Origin: Balanoglossus misakiensis
Lineage: Eukaryota; Animalia; Hemichordata
Assembly (NCBI GenBank): GCA_040954595.2
Contig: CM082592.2
Span: 9,907,677 to 9,971,676 of the forward strand
Length of the DNA: 64,000 nucleotides
Direction of reading: 5' to 3'
Below the pieces are notes generated by a model. That model ran no database searches and had not been told where the DNA came from. It was given only the letters and a program-made list of their open reading frames with translations. Shown here piece after piece: positions 31,156 through 58,022 of the stretch. The position numbers were made by a program, and so were the translations under genes. Numbering within the stretch: position 1 is the stretch's first letter; each line of letters begins with the position of its first letter.

Positions 31156-34100
31156 AATTTACCTTCTGGCTTTTCCTTCAGGTAGTGGTCTTCCAGACTG
31201 GTAGCCACCCTTCCGTGCAGCTTCTTGCGTTGGCTCTCGGTCAGCTGCGAGTAGGCGCACTCCTGCATCAGACTGGTTCTGAAGCGCAGTGTGTTCTGAT
31301 CGCTCTCATAATCCACGTAGTCCATCAGGTTGGCCCTGACCAGGTTATTGATGGATGCCAGGATTTTCTTGTTGTTGGAGTTGGGCACCACGCTCAGCAG
31401 CAGATCCCTCCCCATCGACATGCCAATCACAGCCGCGCACTTGATGACCATACGGTCGCCGGCTGGCAGTCGGTCGACCTTGGCAAGAATCATACCTATC
31501 GAAAATATGCCACAAAACAATTATTCGCAATTTGAAATTAAAAATTAAACTCTTGTGTTATCCCAATAAAATATTCTTTTCGGGATCCATACAGTACTTC
31601 TTACCTTTCAGAGAGTCTGGTAAAGGCAAGTTACTGAGTTTAACTTTTGGTGTGACGATACAGATATACTGGCTGCGATCGAGGCTTGTAGGGTCTGGTA
31701 GTATCCTCACTTTATCATTCGCTCGTAGCTCACTCACCAAAGCTTCCACCCAGGACGGTAACCCATGGCTACGCGTCTCCAGAATTCTGAAGAACAGAAA
31801 ACGAAACAGTTTTTAATTTTTCAGCAAATTTTCAAACTGTTGAAAAGTTTTACTTTGTCGTTTGCAATTTCGAAGACTTGACTTTTACTGAAGATTTTGT
31901 CAGCTTTAAATTTAAATTTTCATGTACAAATGTAGACACCTCAGACAACAATATACTCGCAAGTAAGAGGATACTATATATAATATCGATGCTTACTGCA
32001 CAAGATCTGCTGGCACTTTAACAACCTCGAGAAATTGGCAAGCCAAGGGTTCCATGTACTGCGGCTCTAGCCCTCCCAACTTGATGTTCAAAGTAAAGTC
32101 ACTGGAAAGCACTCGTGCGGCGGATGCGCATGGCTGTTGATTCGGCGGAAAGGTTCGCAAAGTCATGAGGCACACGGCGTTCGAGTCGGCCGCCAGGTCA
32201 GCCAACAGATCCCAGGACTCGGTGTCGATGAAATGGGCGTCGTCGATGGCGAAGATCAGACAGTGCCTGGATGTGATCTGAAGAGAGTGTAAGATTCTGT
32301 CGTCATTGTCATGTATAACGACAGGCATTTGGTTTCTATTGTCCCCACCAGGACATGTGACTGTTTCACGAAGCAAGAACATTTTAAAAGTTTCATGTCG
32401 TGTATTTCAAAAGCAAACACTAGTAATTATTGATACATGAAGCTACACTTGCAGACAGACGGACAGACAAGGAAACACGAACATTGTTTAGTACTTGGAA
32501 AACTTTCATCAACGTACCTGGTGGACTAATTTAACAAGAAGTTTCTTTAGTTCCTGGTCCCGTTTTGATGTGCTCATATGCGTGAACTGTTCGCCATATG
32601 GGAGCTGGTGGAGAAGAGGAGTTTCATATTATAATGTGCGTTTATTCTGTACAAGCCACCATGCACAGGTGACTCGTGATGATTCTGACAAAGTTTGGGC
32701 ATTACAGCAATACTCAGTTATTGAGAAGTTAGCGCAACTTACTTGAATACCCAGCAAGTCGTTGAGGAGACATAGATTATCTTTCACGCCCTCGGCGTCG
32801 ATTGCGTTGTAAAGGGCCTCTTCCCTTTGCACGTGACTGGTGAGCGTGTCCATGTGGAAGAGGATGAGCAACAGCTTCTTGACGGTGTAGTATGGTGTTG
32901 TGGAGTCATTCAACCAAAGTGGACATGATATCACCCTGCAAAGAGCCAAGAGCGGTAGAATAATGGTTTGTTTGAGACAGCGACCAGAGACGATCCATAC
33001 ATTTAGTTCAGCTGACTGACTGACTATCTGTCATTATACTCACTTGTGCCCCAGCTGAATCGCTTCATCCGTGGCTGACATCAACACCCGCGATTTCCCG
33101 ACACCCGCCTCGCCTTCGAAGATCACAAAACGACGGTGACTTTTCTCGCGGTGCTCCGTCATGAGACGCAGTGCCGAACTGAACAGTGACATTTCGTCGC
33201 CGTATCCTTCGTTTGAATAAAAGTAATTATTCATTACAACCACATTATTCCATGAAGTCGTCCACAAAAATCATCGCGATTAAGCGATCGATGAAAAAAT
33301 GACCGGCCGCAGTACTCCGGTCTAAACCCGATCTAAGCACAACTAAAACTACTTACCCAACAAGGGATGACCACTGTCCACTACATTCATTACATGCTGG
33401 CTCGGTCTGGTATTTGAAAAAGAAAAAGAGAAAGGGAAAGAGATGACGTCGGAATTTGGATGAACTTTATGCAGAATCTTTGATCCAAGACTCATATTTA
33501 CAGGGCAGTAAGGATGAAACAAAAACGCCAATATTCGTCTATTGAAAAGTGGCCACTTTACTCATATTAAATGTTTAAAAGTGCACTTCTGAAGTTAAAA
33601 TTAATTTTAAGAAACAAGTAATGTGGTTAAGCAGTTATCATTTCTGAAAGTTTCCAGATACTGACACACATGTCTTTCTTACTTTTGATCTTCAAGATAC
33701 TGTCTCACTATTCCAGCCTGTTGAACACCTTTCATTTCCTTGGTCGGAAGCTGCTTAAAGCAAAATCCACCAAGCTTCGACATTCTATGGGTTTCCTCGT
33801 CGGTTGCAATGACCGCTGGGTAGTGCATCATCAGACGAGCCGCCATGTTCACTTTACGACCAATCACTGTCGTTCAGAAAAAAAATGTCTTCATATACTA
33901 ATACATGTAATAGACGCTCAAGGATTTGCAATTATAGTGAATTTGTTTGCCAGATCTTGGTCATTTCATTTGCCAGCAGATTACATTTTGAAATGCAGAA
34001 ATCTGTTCCTACTGTTGCCTTTACCTGTATACTCGCATCTGTCGGGGTGGCCGACGACACCTGTGAACACGTTACCAGTGGTTACTCCCACCGATGCCTG

Positions 34101-36876
34101 GCTGTGATTGGAGAAAAAGAAAAGCAGTGTATAGTGAATCAACACATCACAGCAATTTTCATTTTACCCAGTTATGTTGTATATGCACATTTCTTTATTA
34201 TTAATATTCATAGAAATATTACTTACGCCACCTTGTTGACTTTCTCCAACCTTTCTCTAATCCTGTGCGAGCACTGCAATGCATGCGCACACTCGTTCTC
34301 GTGCTTGTATCCAGGGAGACCAAATATAACCAGGAATGTGCATCCCTAGATACAAAGAAGATGTGATTCAAACGTCAGGCGAATCCTCTTTTATCTTTGA
34401 GAAGAAAACGTTTATATACATGATCTACTGCCCTGAAAATATTGGGTTATTTAACACGTGTAACTATGCGTCCAGTCAAGAATTCCCTCATGTCTATTTG
34501 CATTATTTACACCACAAACACATGGCAACCCTTGAGGTATTTACACCATAGAATATATACGTGTACAATCGAAGTACAGACACAAAAACACTTACTTTGT
34601 CGAACATGAAAACCTTGTTCAGGCAACCTGGAAGAGATAAAAATAGAACAAAAATGACGGTGTAACCTGTTACAAACATCCAAAAGTAAATTGAACAGTT
34701 TTATTTTAATTGTGAAGAGGCTATAGATACCTTGGAACTGCACCACGGTGTCGTAGATGGCGTGGAATGTGTTTTGCAAAATGAAACACTCGTCGTCCTT
34801 GGCAACGTTTTCCAAAGTGAGATTGATGAAGACGATGGAGACTTGACGAAGCTCACACAGGTACTCCAGTGGTTGCTGCTCTTCAATCTATGTATAAATG
34901 AAATGAATAAATAAATGAACAGAGCGAAACTAAATACAAATGTACTTCAATGTGATACTTGACGGACTGTAAATCGGCTACTAACAAGACTTTAATCGAG
35001 TCTAAAGTGATAACATTACCTTATGCATAACAGGGGTCGCTATGTATGGTTCCAGCATACCCTTACGTACTGAAAAATAATGAGCAGTTGATTAGTGGAA
35101 AACGTACACTATTTATATTTTACTTTGCACATGTAAAGTTACTGGTATATTTCATTTCGAGCGTCTCGTGATTCTGTCAGTCTGTAAGTACACTGTAAGT
35201 ACACTTTGACTTTAAACCTGACACTTACTAACTGTCTGGATCTTTTGGCGTTTCCTTGGCAATGCTGTGTTGAACTTTCCTGATGATTTCTTTTTGCTCA
35301 TTTTGGTCTCTGTCAACGAAACGAAGAAAGATGCAATTTATTGAAGCAAGTCTTCTTTCTTAATATGGCACCGATCGAGAAAGAATCTTACTCATCGTCT
35401 GTAACGATTATAATTGCGAATACTTACTCTCTTTTTCCTTTGGTGCCTTCACACCAAAAACTTTGGCCCAGTCTTTGGTGGTGCTCTTGATCTGGTGAAA
35501 AAAACAGAGCTCTGTCAGTTGGCAATATCGTTGATCATGCCATTAAAAACATATTGTTCTTCGCGTCAACGCATATAACGTATCCAAAATAATTGTTTTT
35601 AACTCATCATAATGTTCTCCACAAACCTGGACATGTTTGGAATCTTCCATCATGGCGAAATTAGCAAGTTCTTTGTCCGGCAGCACTTTCCAGGCCTTTG
35701 GAGACAACACGACCAATCCTGGACGTGCAGCGCCCTCGGCGTTCCTGACGTTTTCAATGCAGGGTCCTGACATGACAAATTGTTGGACGTCTTGGTTTCC
35801 CAGGAACGTGATGAAGACCGGGCCAGCAGCGATACCTATACATAGTTGTAAGCAAAAGTTAGTTTAATGGAAAAAAAGAGCATGTTTTAAAAATTCGCTT
35901 TACAGGGAACACATTATGCAGGAAATGGGTTTTACATGAATTTGGCATTATCTGAAGTGACAGAAATGACGTCGGAACATACCAATTTTGACGCGAAGCT
36001 GGACGCCAACTTCTGTGTCCCAGTCATCACATTTATACTGAATGTTGAGTCCACATCTGACAGCGCTGGCCAGTCCATGGATGACAGTTTTGACTGAAGT
36101 CTCCCAAAAAGCTAAGATGGCGTCACCTTGCAAACGGAAGGACGTGAATAAAACACATTAAACGCTGCTCTTATTCACGTGTTTCAGTAAAGATAAAATA
36201 ATATTACAAGGAAAAGAATTGTTACGTTTCTTTTTTTATTTGACAATATCATCACAGTACCTGCAAATTTGATGACGTCGCCTTCAAAATTCAACACGTT
36301 CTCCACGATAGCGCCGATGTATTCGTTTAGAGTTTTAGTCAGCGCGTCGGAGCCGCATCCTTTCTTGGCTTCGGCGCCATACTTCTCGCATAGAGCAGTA
36401 AATCCTGTATTTAAAAAGGGGGAACACTTTGGCCGTAAATCATATAAAAAGAACCAAAATGGTATCCAAATACGGGTGTTTCTTACTTTAGTTTTGCATC
36501 GAAATACATGAAATGGTCTATAGTGCTTACCCGACACATCCACAAACATGAGAACACCGAATAGGGACTCGGAGTGCGGCAACTTCTTTTGAAGGCCGTT
36601 CTGGATTACAACGTCTGGGACATGACTGACGAGCTGACTTGTATAGTCTGTCGAAACATTCGAGAAATAACAAAAAAAATAAGAACAAGATTCATCACAA
36701 GCCTGCAATACTGTACTTTCAGTTTGCTCGCAAACGGTTGCCACAGTTCTTAACTTTCATCGCGTAGGGCCTTTCAAGTCTGTGCCTTCAAGTTCAAGTT
36801 GGTTAGAATCGACATGGATCTTACCCGCATCAATTTTTGATGGTTTAACTTTAAGCGCCTTCTTCTTTGCAGACAT
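29717..36876 (-). CDS. ADCY10: Soluble-type adenylyl cyclase (ADCY10/sAC-like): two class III cyclase domains, a STAND P-loop NTPase, a short helical region and a C-terminal transmembrane segment
   Basis: C1: VSHVPDVV, GVLMFVDVSGFTAL, DVIKFAGDAILAFW, LRVKIG. C2: YLCELRQVSIVFINL, NKVFMFDKGCTFLVIFGLPG, GVTTGNVFTGVVGH, EYTVIGRKVNMAARLMMHY. Walker A GEAGVGKS and Walker B FAIDDAHFID. Final exons join in frame to ...RRRLLFSIIVGLLFFAIAGALHMYLLD*. Confidence 0.9.
31079..31152. repeat. (CT)37 microsatellite in an ADCY10 intron
   Basis: Perfect dinucleotide run starting a few bases inside the donor site. Confidence 0.98.
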
Positions 36877-37050
36877 TTTGCGCTTAAAAAGATTGACGTG
36901 CAATTTACGGAACTGTCATCTTTGCTACATGTCAAAGAGTTGTACAGCGCAAAAGTTAATTTTCCCAAGATGCAGCGCGCCCATTGTGCTGTTTGTTCTT
37001 TTGTTTCTGATGGTGTCACATCAGGTCAAAGGTTGTTTCAGGTCACCAAA
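36877..37050. promoter_or_regulatory. Compact bidirectional promoter of ADCY10-like and ERAL1
   Basis: Only 174 bp between divergent ATGs. ZNF143/Staf-like TTCCCAAGATGCAGCGCG at 36962-36979 and YY1-like CAAAATGGC at the ERAL1 start. Confidence 0.65.
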
Positions 37051-40000
37051 ATGGCAGCCACCATGCTTTCACGAGTTTTGTTTTGGAGACGAGTTTTTAC
37101 CAATATCGCATATTTTAACAGGCGATCGGAACCGAGGCGAGGTAAGAACGTTCATTTGGTCAAATGTCATTGTTTGACAACCTTCAAAAACACCATCACC
37201 CTGTACACAGTGCGGCTGCACGCTGCAAAATGACGATCAATGGACGTTCTACTCGTTGACAACTAGAACGGCTGTGTGTTGCATCACAGGCCTTTGCGCA
37301 CCAGCGAGTCGAGCCTGAGTTACGATCGTGATGCAACTGTATTATAATTTTCTACCGCAGGGCCTGTGAGAGTGTATCAGATGTGGCAGTGTCTGTACCA
37401 TAGCGATGTCTACAATTCTACAGGACCAGAACCACAAAACAAAACGATTGAAGAAAAGGGAAAATACCATGAAATCCAGCCATACAGAGAATCACTGAAA
37501 CCAATGACTACAAATAAAGGTCTGTGCACAATTTTAATTTGAAGCCAAACGTTATAATGTACATTCTCTCTCTGAACATTTGTTGATTGTGCTATGGGTT
37601 CGTCATCTTGGTTTATCTCTGGTTTCTAATTTTAGCCTATCATGAGTTATTGTGCTTGCAAGTTCCTGACCAACCAGAAGATGCCAAGATACTAAGAGTG
37701 GCAGTGATTGGTTCACCCAATGCAGGCAAATCAACGTTAACCAATCAGCTGATGGGTAGATGGGTGAGTGTACATGTATATTTAATGGCAATGGCAATGA
37801 CATTAAAAATAATGAAAACGGCAATATTTAAAGAATGTTTATAATTCACACAGAATGGAAAGTTTTTGAAAACCCATTTGTACTTAGTGGTTGTTTTTTT
37901 TACAGGTATCATCAGTGTCAAGTAAGGTACATACAACTAGAAAGAGAACAACAGCTGTACTGACAGAAGGTGATACACAAATTGTGAGTAGAAATCATGT
38001 ACAATGCAACACCTGATTTGTCAGAACTCACTGTGCTGCAGTAAAGTCTGTTTGAAGGGACTTACTGAGAAAATTGTTCAGCTTGCAATGCAAAAGGGTT
38101 TTGTTTATGGAAGTTCTATTTACACACTGATTCATTCCTTCATTTGTGTATAGGTATTTCTGGACACTCCTGGTATGGTTGATCCAAGAAAAGCCAAAAG
38201 GTAAGTCTGGAATGAAGATGTTGATTTAGATACAGTGGTATAATATGTCTATAAACATGCATTCTTATGGTTATCAACTTTCTTCACAGACACAACTTGG
38301 ATAGACCGATGGTGTCTGATCCAAAAAACGTCTTTGAAGATGCTGACCTCGGTAAGTTGCATAAACCAGCCATGAAATTTCATCATATACAAACACTCAA
38401 TACAAAGTAAAATGTATTGGTCAATTCTGATAGGAGTACATATTATAAATTTTTCAAGCAATTTACATGCAAGTATTAGAGGTAGTTAGTTTTCTTCTTG
38501 TTTCTCATCCTACTTCTGGTAAAACTGCTCATAAAAATGAAATTTGGATTGTGTATTCTTTTCAGTGATTGTATTGGTTGACATCTCAAATAAATGGACC
38601 AGGTATAAGTTAGATCCAGATATACTTCTGACACTGTATTCTAATCCAACTATTCCGTCAGTCCTTGTACTCAATAAGGTAAGCTGTGTGTGTGTGTGTG
38701 AGTGAATTACTGCTGGAAGGAATTCCAGATTTTTCGTGGTGGCATTACATTTCAAATCCATATATGCATCCATAGAATACTTATGAAAGTTCAATTTCTC
38801 TTCCAGATTGACACTGTGAAAACCAAACACATGCTTCTAGGATTGACCGCCCAACTCACAGAGGGTATCGTTGGAGGCCAGAGCTTTGAAGTGGATGAGT
38901 CAACAGCAAAGTTACTTGGTTCCCATAGCGCAGGGCAACCCATGAGTTTGAACATTGTGAAGAAATTAAACCATCTGGAACGCAAACTGAGAGAGGAAAG
39001 TGAAAAAAAGCTGCAGTTGAAGGACTTGAATGTTGAAGATGTGGACAGAGAAAAACTGGCCTCAGTTTACCAAGACTGGAAGAGACGACAGGCTAAGAAA
39101 ACATTTCAGGAGAGTACAATTGAAAAAACAGATCCAGTGACTGCACATAATGTCGCTAAATTATGGACAGAAAACTTTTCCACCGAGGGAGTCAATAAAA
39201 GTGTCGATGAGAATGATTTTGAAGAAACTGGCCAGGTATTTACAAGCAGGGCGGTTCTGCCACCAAGAGATGAACCCACCTGTGATGATAGGTCAGGTGA
39301 TAGGGAGGAATCAGGTGACTTAGAATCAAATAATGACGTCACCACGAAGGAGGAATCCGCAGACTCTGAATCACAGGATGAACTCAGTCTCAATGAACTT
39401 CAGCAGTTCCTCAGCAGGGAGGATATTGATGAAATCTTGGAGGAGAACTTGAAAGAGGAAGTTTTGAATTCCAAGCTCAAAGGGATAAATCTGAAGGATT
39501 TAAAATGGATTAAGCACAGATTAAGGATTGAACAGACGAAGAGGATTAAGAGAGCGATACGAAAGAGGAGTGGCTGGCCACGATTTGAAGCTGTGTTTAT
39601 GGTGTCTGCTTTGGACGGTGAAGGCTCTCAAGATTTAGAGGTATCAGTCTATGTACTAGTGCAGTTTACATGACAAAAGTGCTAGTGATCAGTGAGCGAG
39701 CATTGACTTTTATGTGTTCTATTTGTCCAGTTATCCTGACAGAGCACAATAAAATCTCGGTTGAAATTAATACAAGCTCTGCATCATTCGCAGGAATTTT
39801 TATTTGCTAATGCCAGACCAGGAGACTGGGAATACCATCCAGACGTGGTGACCGACCAAGGTCCGGAAGAAGTCATCCATGAAGTGATCCGTGGAAAACT
39901 GTTGGAATATCTTCCGGAAGAAGTACCCTATCAACTGAAACAGGTTATGTTTCCTTAGTTCCTCTCATAGTGTATTGGTAAACTTGGTTTCCATGATTTA

Positions 40001-40377
40001 ACCATGGCTACCATATAACCTCTCCAATGTCAATCTCATATTATATGTTTTGTGTTTTCTTTGTTACTACAGAGCACGGAACTGTTTGAGAAGAATGAAA
40101 ATGGTGACTTGCACGTAGCACAGAAAATTGTCTGCAGAAAGAGAAGTCATGCTGTAAGTAAATTGGATGCTGAAGTTGATGATCTGGAATTCTATTCCAA
40201 CTTTACTATTTTCCTGCATACTATTTTCTTTCTTCCACTTGCTTATAGCGGATGCTACTGGGTTCTAAGGGAAAGAAGATCCTTCAAATTACACATGAAG
40301 CCGCAGAGGACCTGATGAACACATTTCAGTGTAATGTTCAACTCTACTTGGACGTCAAGTTTGAGAAGTCGTCATGA
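37051..40377 (+). CDS. ERAL1: Mitochondrial Era-like GTPase, multi-exon
   Basis: Presequence-like MAATMLSRVLFWRR, G1 GSPNAGKSTLTNQL, VSSKVHTTR, G3 DTPG, G4 LNKID, GWPRFEAVFMVSAL, LPEEVPY, and KH-domain LLGSKG. Confidence 0.95.
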
Positions 40378-40962
40378 TCACAACAGTGTTGTGAAGACAG
40401 TACTGTATCCATGGAGGATGTTGCTCACTTTGCCACAATTTTAAAGGCATTGAATTATTAAGAGGGGGTTAACAACAATGACAGTGACTTATATGCAATG
40501 TTGTTAATATGAACCCCCTTCTATTTTATGGATTTACCAGTAGGGACCTTGAAACTATATCCTGTATAACTAATCATGCTATAATTTATGTATTGTCAGA
40601 TTACATTGCCTGGGGTTTCTAGAATGTTTCAATAAATACAGCTGTTATTTACAAAACATGTGTTGTGTGGTACATGTGTTTTAATATATTGGAGTGAATG
40701 TTGAAATCTTGCTACAGATTTCCCAAAATACAGTTCTCCCCTGCTTAAGTCAGGTGCTTAGTAAAATTAAAATAAATGTGAGTACTTACTGGCTATGCGA
40801 GCGTCGTTGACCTAGATGACCTTGATGTCGTCTGCTACAGCCATGCCCGATTGGTCCATTTATTTTTACCCATGATGCAATTTAGAAAATGGCTTCCGTC
40901 GTCCACGTTGTACTACACAAGATGTAAACACTGCATGTTTTTGCTGATTCTCTGTGTTAAGC

Positions 40963-42048
40963 ATGTCCTCAGACACGGCTTCGTGGTACGAAACGCTATT
41001 TGATGATATTTTTCAAGTAGGGCTTGCCGTAATTTTCATAGTCTTGATTTTCGTATGCAAACGATATCGATGGTTCCTGCCAGCTGTAGATAGGGACCCA
41101 GTTCAAGATGACACTGCGGATGCAGAAGACTTCACTGCGTGCAGCTCACCCGATTGCGTCCGATGTCGTAAATACAAACAACTTGAAGGCCAGCTCTTGC
41201 CGAAACTGGAAGAATTTGCATCGAAGAATTCCTGGGATGGGCTCGAAAGAATCCTCAGCGCGCTCGAAGAAGCGGACATCCATTCAGAAAACCAGGAAGA
41301 CACCCTTCAGCGACCAAACGTCTTCTTTCTTCCGGGTTTGCGTGCTCTTCCCTGGTGCGAAGATGCTCACGGTCGAGATCTCTGCAAGATGAAAGATAGT
41401 TTTCATGGCATCCTGCAAGATTTCACAAATATATACAGAGAATTTCTGGGCGGAAATACACAGGGATGGCAGACGAACAACGTCCCGACAGGGGAGTGGC
41501 ACGTATTTCATCTGATAAACCAAGGGGAGAAAATCACAGAAAACTGTCGGAGGTGCCCGGATACTGTCCAGCTGCTGACCGATTTGAACGACGTGATGAA
41601 CCGCAACGTATTTGGCAACGCTACTTTCTCTGTCCTTCAACCAGGCACACACATAACTGAACATTATGGGCCAACCAACGTTAGATTGCGAGCCCACATT
41701 GGTATGTTGTGTTGTTATTATTTACTCACATGAAAGTGACAGATAACTTGTACTTGTAGTAACAAATGATCTTTAATTTCTGCTAGCTGCCACGCCCCTT
41801 TCAAATGCAGTTTTTCTTTCAAATCCACAGGGCTAATTGTACCACCGAAGTGTAGCCTCACAGTTGCCGGGGAAACCAGATCCTGGGTGGAGCAGGAGTG
41901 TTTGATGTTCGATGACTCTTTCCTCCATGAAGCAAGGCATGATGGGAAAGATGAAGATGGACCTCGAGTTGTCTTCATGGTCGATTTCTGGCATCCTGAG
42001 GTAACAGACCTGGAAAGGAAAGTGTTGGATGAACTCTTTTGCATCTAA
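40963..42048 (+). CDS. ASPHD2: Aspartate beta-hydroxylase domain-containing protein (ASPHD1/2-like 2OG-Fe(II) oxygenase). Exons 40963-41701 and 41831-42048
   Basis: N-terminal TM ([13 protein letters not shown]), [50 protein letters not shown]. Confidence 0.92.
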
Positions 42049-42892
42049 CTGATACACTTGATGGATGTCTGGTGTGAGAGCATACCCGCCTGGTGTATGG
42101 AAGTGGACACAGGATGAAGTTATGAATGATATTGGTTATCGCATATAGACAATAGTTTCTATGGTTAAAGTTCCCAGTTATTGTATCAGTAGTCAAAGCC
42201 GTGTCATTGCAAATCATCGTCTTTGGATTTTTGGGAATACATCATAAAACACTATACCACAAAGTATATATTATAAAGTCTATTTTATTGAAGTAACAGA
42301 AATACATGGAATATATGACAAGTAGAACTCAATAATTATGATGTACCTTCCTCTGTTATGTATGACATTCACTTCTAGAATTATATCCAAACTTAAAGGG
42401 GAAAAATCACAAAAATGTACAGTGATCAGTGTTCACAAAGAAAATGTTAACCTAGATCTTCAACACTTATCACCATTTTCTATTTAAGTATCCATATTTC
42501 ACCCCTTTTAAAATCCATCATTTTCACACTTTCATTTCCTGAGCTTGCTATTTTTTTGTGTAAAAAGAAACTTTGTTTATCACAATCAGCAAGCAGGATT
42601 GTTTTATTTGTGAGCTTGTTTGAGAAACCAACCAACAACAGCCATGAAAGGTTTCTGATCTGATATTTTCTAAAAATTTCATTTACCATGATAAAAAAGA
42701 AACATCTTTTAAGTTTCATCACAAATCGGCACAAAATTTATATTTACAGTGGTTCTCAAATGTCAGTCATATCTGGTAAATTTCCCAACAGAAAACTTTG
42801 AATTCTATGACAGACAACATCAAAAAGTAAATGCTGTGGAAAACTAAACTAGATAGAAAAACATCCACAATGCACAACAAAAATTTCCGTGC

Positions 42893-56055
<13,163 letters not shown>

Positions 56056-58022
56056 TTTGGCTTACAAGTTCCCCTGCAGATCAAACAGATCACAAACGAC
56101 ACATGGTTACAATATACAACTGCAGACCCATGATTTTCCTGGTACATTTGTACTCAATGGCCTCGTTTTGAAATTTGGTCACTTCCGGCCCCCATGCGTT
56201 CTGTGCGTTGTACTCCATTACAGCAATCAACATTGCCTTGGAAGTTGGAAAAGATACTTTGGTGAACTTAAACGATATAAATTATTTTAGAAACAGAGAG
56301 AGCATTCTATATCAATTCCTTTGAAGCCCTGCATTAATGCACAATCAAGTCGACCAAGTTTACATAAACCACGCGAGTTTGGATATCGACATTATCGTCA
56401 ATTTACAAACAACACATGCGTCAAACTTCGCGCACAATAAACATTGCCGAAAAACTACCGTGCGTGATAAGTTATTCATAATGTGCAAAGCAAAAGATGC
56501 TCATTGTGTGCAACAAACTTACCAACGACTTAAAAGTCGTGATCGGATATTGCTAGAAAGCCAGCGTTAGTAAGAAAACAATGCGTTTCAGTTCAATGTT
56601 GCAAAATGGCGAGCTGCGTGTGCGGGACGTATGGGATTGGACCCTCCAAGTTACCCATTAAGACACACCTCAGTATGGCTTCATAAATTTGTCGCTTACA
56701 TGAAACGAATTACTCGCTTCGTTAGGTGTTATCAATACTCTATATGTCACGACGAACTTTGGAAATCCCAAATTTGATAAATAGCTGAATATTCGTCACG
56801 ATATAACTTCTACCATCAACGATGCCTCAAAACTGACAGCCAGGGAGTACTTAATTTAGGCTCGTACGCCCATATTGGAAAAATCTTGTGATACAAAAAG
56901 GAAATCGTTATATTGCAACATTGATAAATTAATTTTGTTATAAGAAGGATGTAATTTATATTATTAGCTTTGTATTTTTGTGTTTTCCTATATTTAAATC
57001 AACTTTTCTTTCGGGACAAGTGATTCTTACTGTTTCATGTGTTTGAAAGCTTGGATCGAACAACATGAATGCGATCCCACAATGCACTGCTCCGGCTGTT
57101 CCCATGGTTGTGAAGGTGACTCTATGACACAGGTAAATAATAACGGGTTGCATTCCTATTCACAGTGCTGTTGACTAATTATTAGTCAACATTTTGCTGT
57201 GAGAGTTGTATAACGTTTGATAACATACCAGTGGCGGGCGTCTAGGGCACAGATCTTCCAGAAACCCTAGATCATGCTCTAGTTGATGACCTTCACAGGT
57301 AAGGGATTTTCTCAACCGATGGGTGGATGGAGCAGGTCTTTCGTTTACTGTTCAGACAAAATAGACATTGGCTGCCTGTTTGTCTATTGTGAGAGTGTAC
57401 CAGACAATAAGAAAAAGATCGTGGGGTCAGTTTCTGCGCCATTTTGTTATACGTGTAGTACTCTGGCTATGTCGGAAATTAAACCTCATATATTATATTC
57501 TCACTAGAGTAGGGTAAAATTATTTTTGAAATATTAAAATTTGGTTTACTCTGCAATGGCAAAGTATGAATAATTATTGTTCCAGACAAATAGTGAGTGA
57601 CAGAGGTCTGGTCACCACTTAAACTCATCACCGGGGTTAATACTAACAAGTATTTGTACTTTGATTGCAAAAGTACATCACAGTTTTACTGTACAAAAGC
57701 AGACAATGAAATGTACATTGTAGCTAACATATACTGATATATTATATATGTACTGCATGAGTTTAAAAATTGTTGTATTCAAATAATATTTGTCAAAAGG
57801 GGTTGTTCTTTATGTGCAAGTGTTTGATCTAATTATTGAAATAACCAATCTTTATTTTCAAAAGCCACTCAGTACTAGTATCTAGTGTGATGTTTCAGTT
57901 AATTATTAATTGATATGCTAATGTGATAAATTTCTTTTGTTGCATTGGCAGGTTTAGGGAGACAGCAATAGTACTGGTCTTCCTTTGTTCCACCATTTTT
58001 TTTCGGAACACAGTCGTTCATC

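Noticed and set aside
30902-31535. ORFs with ER- or SL-repeats
   Set aside because: Translations of the intronic (CT)37 microsatellite. The real exon ends at the GT donor near 31162.
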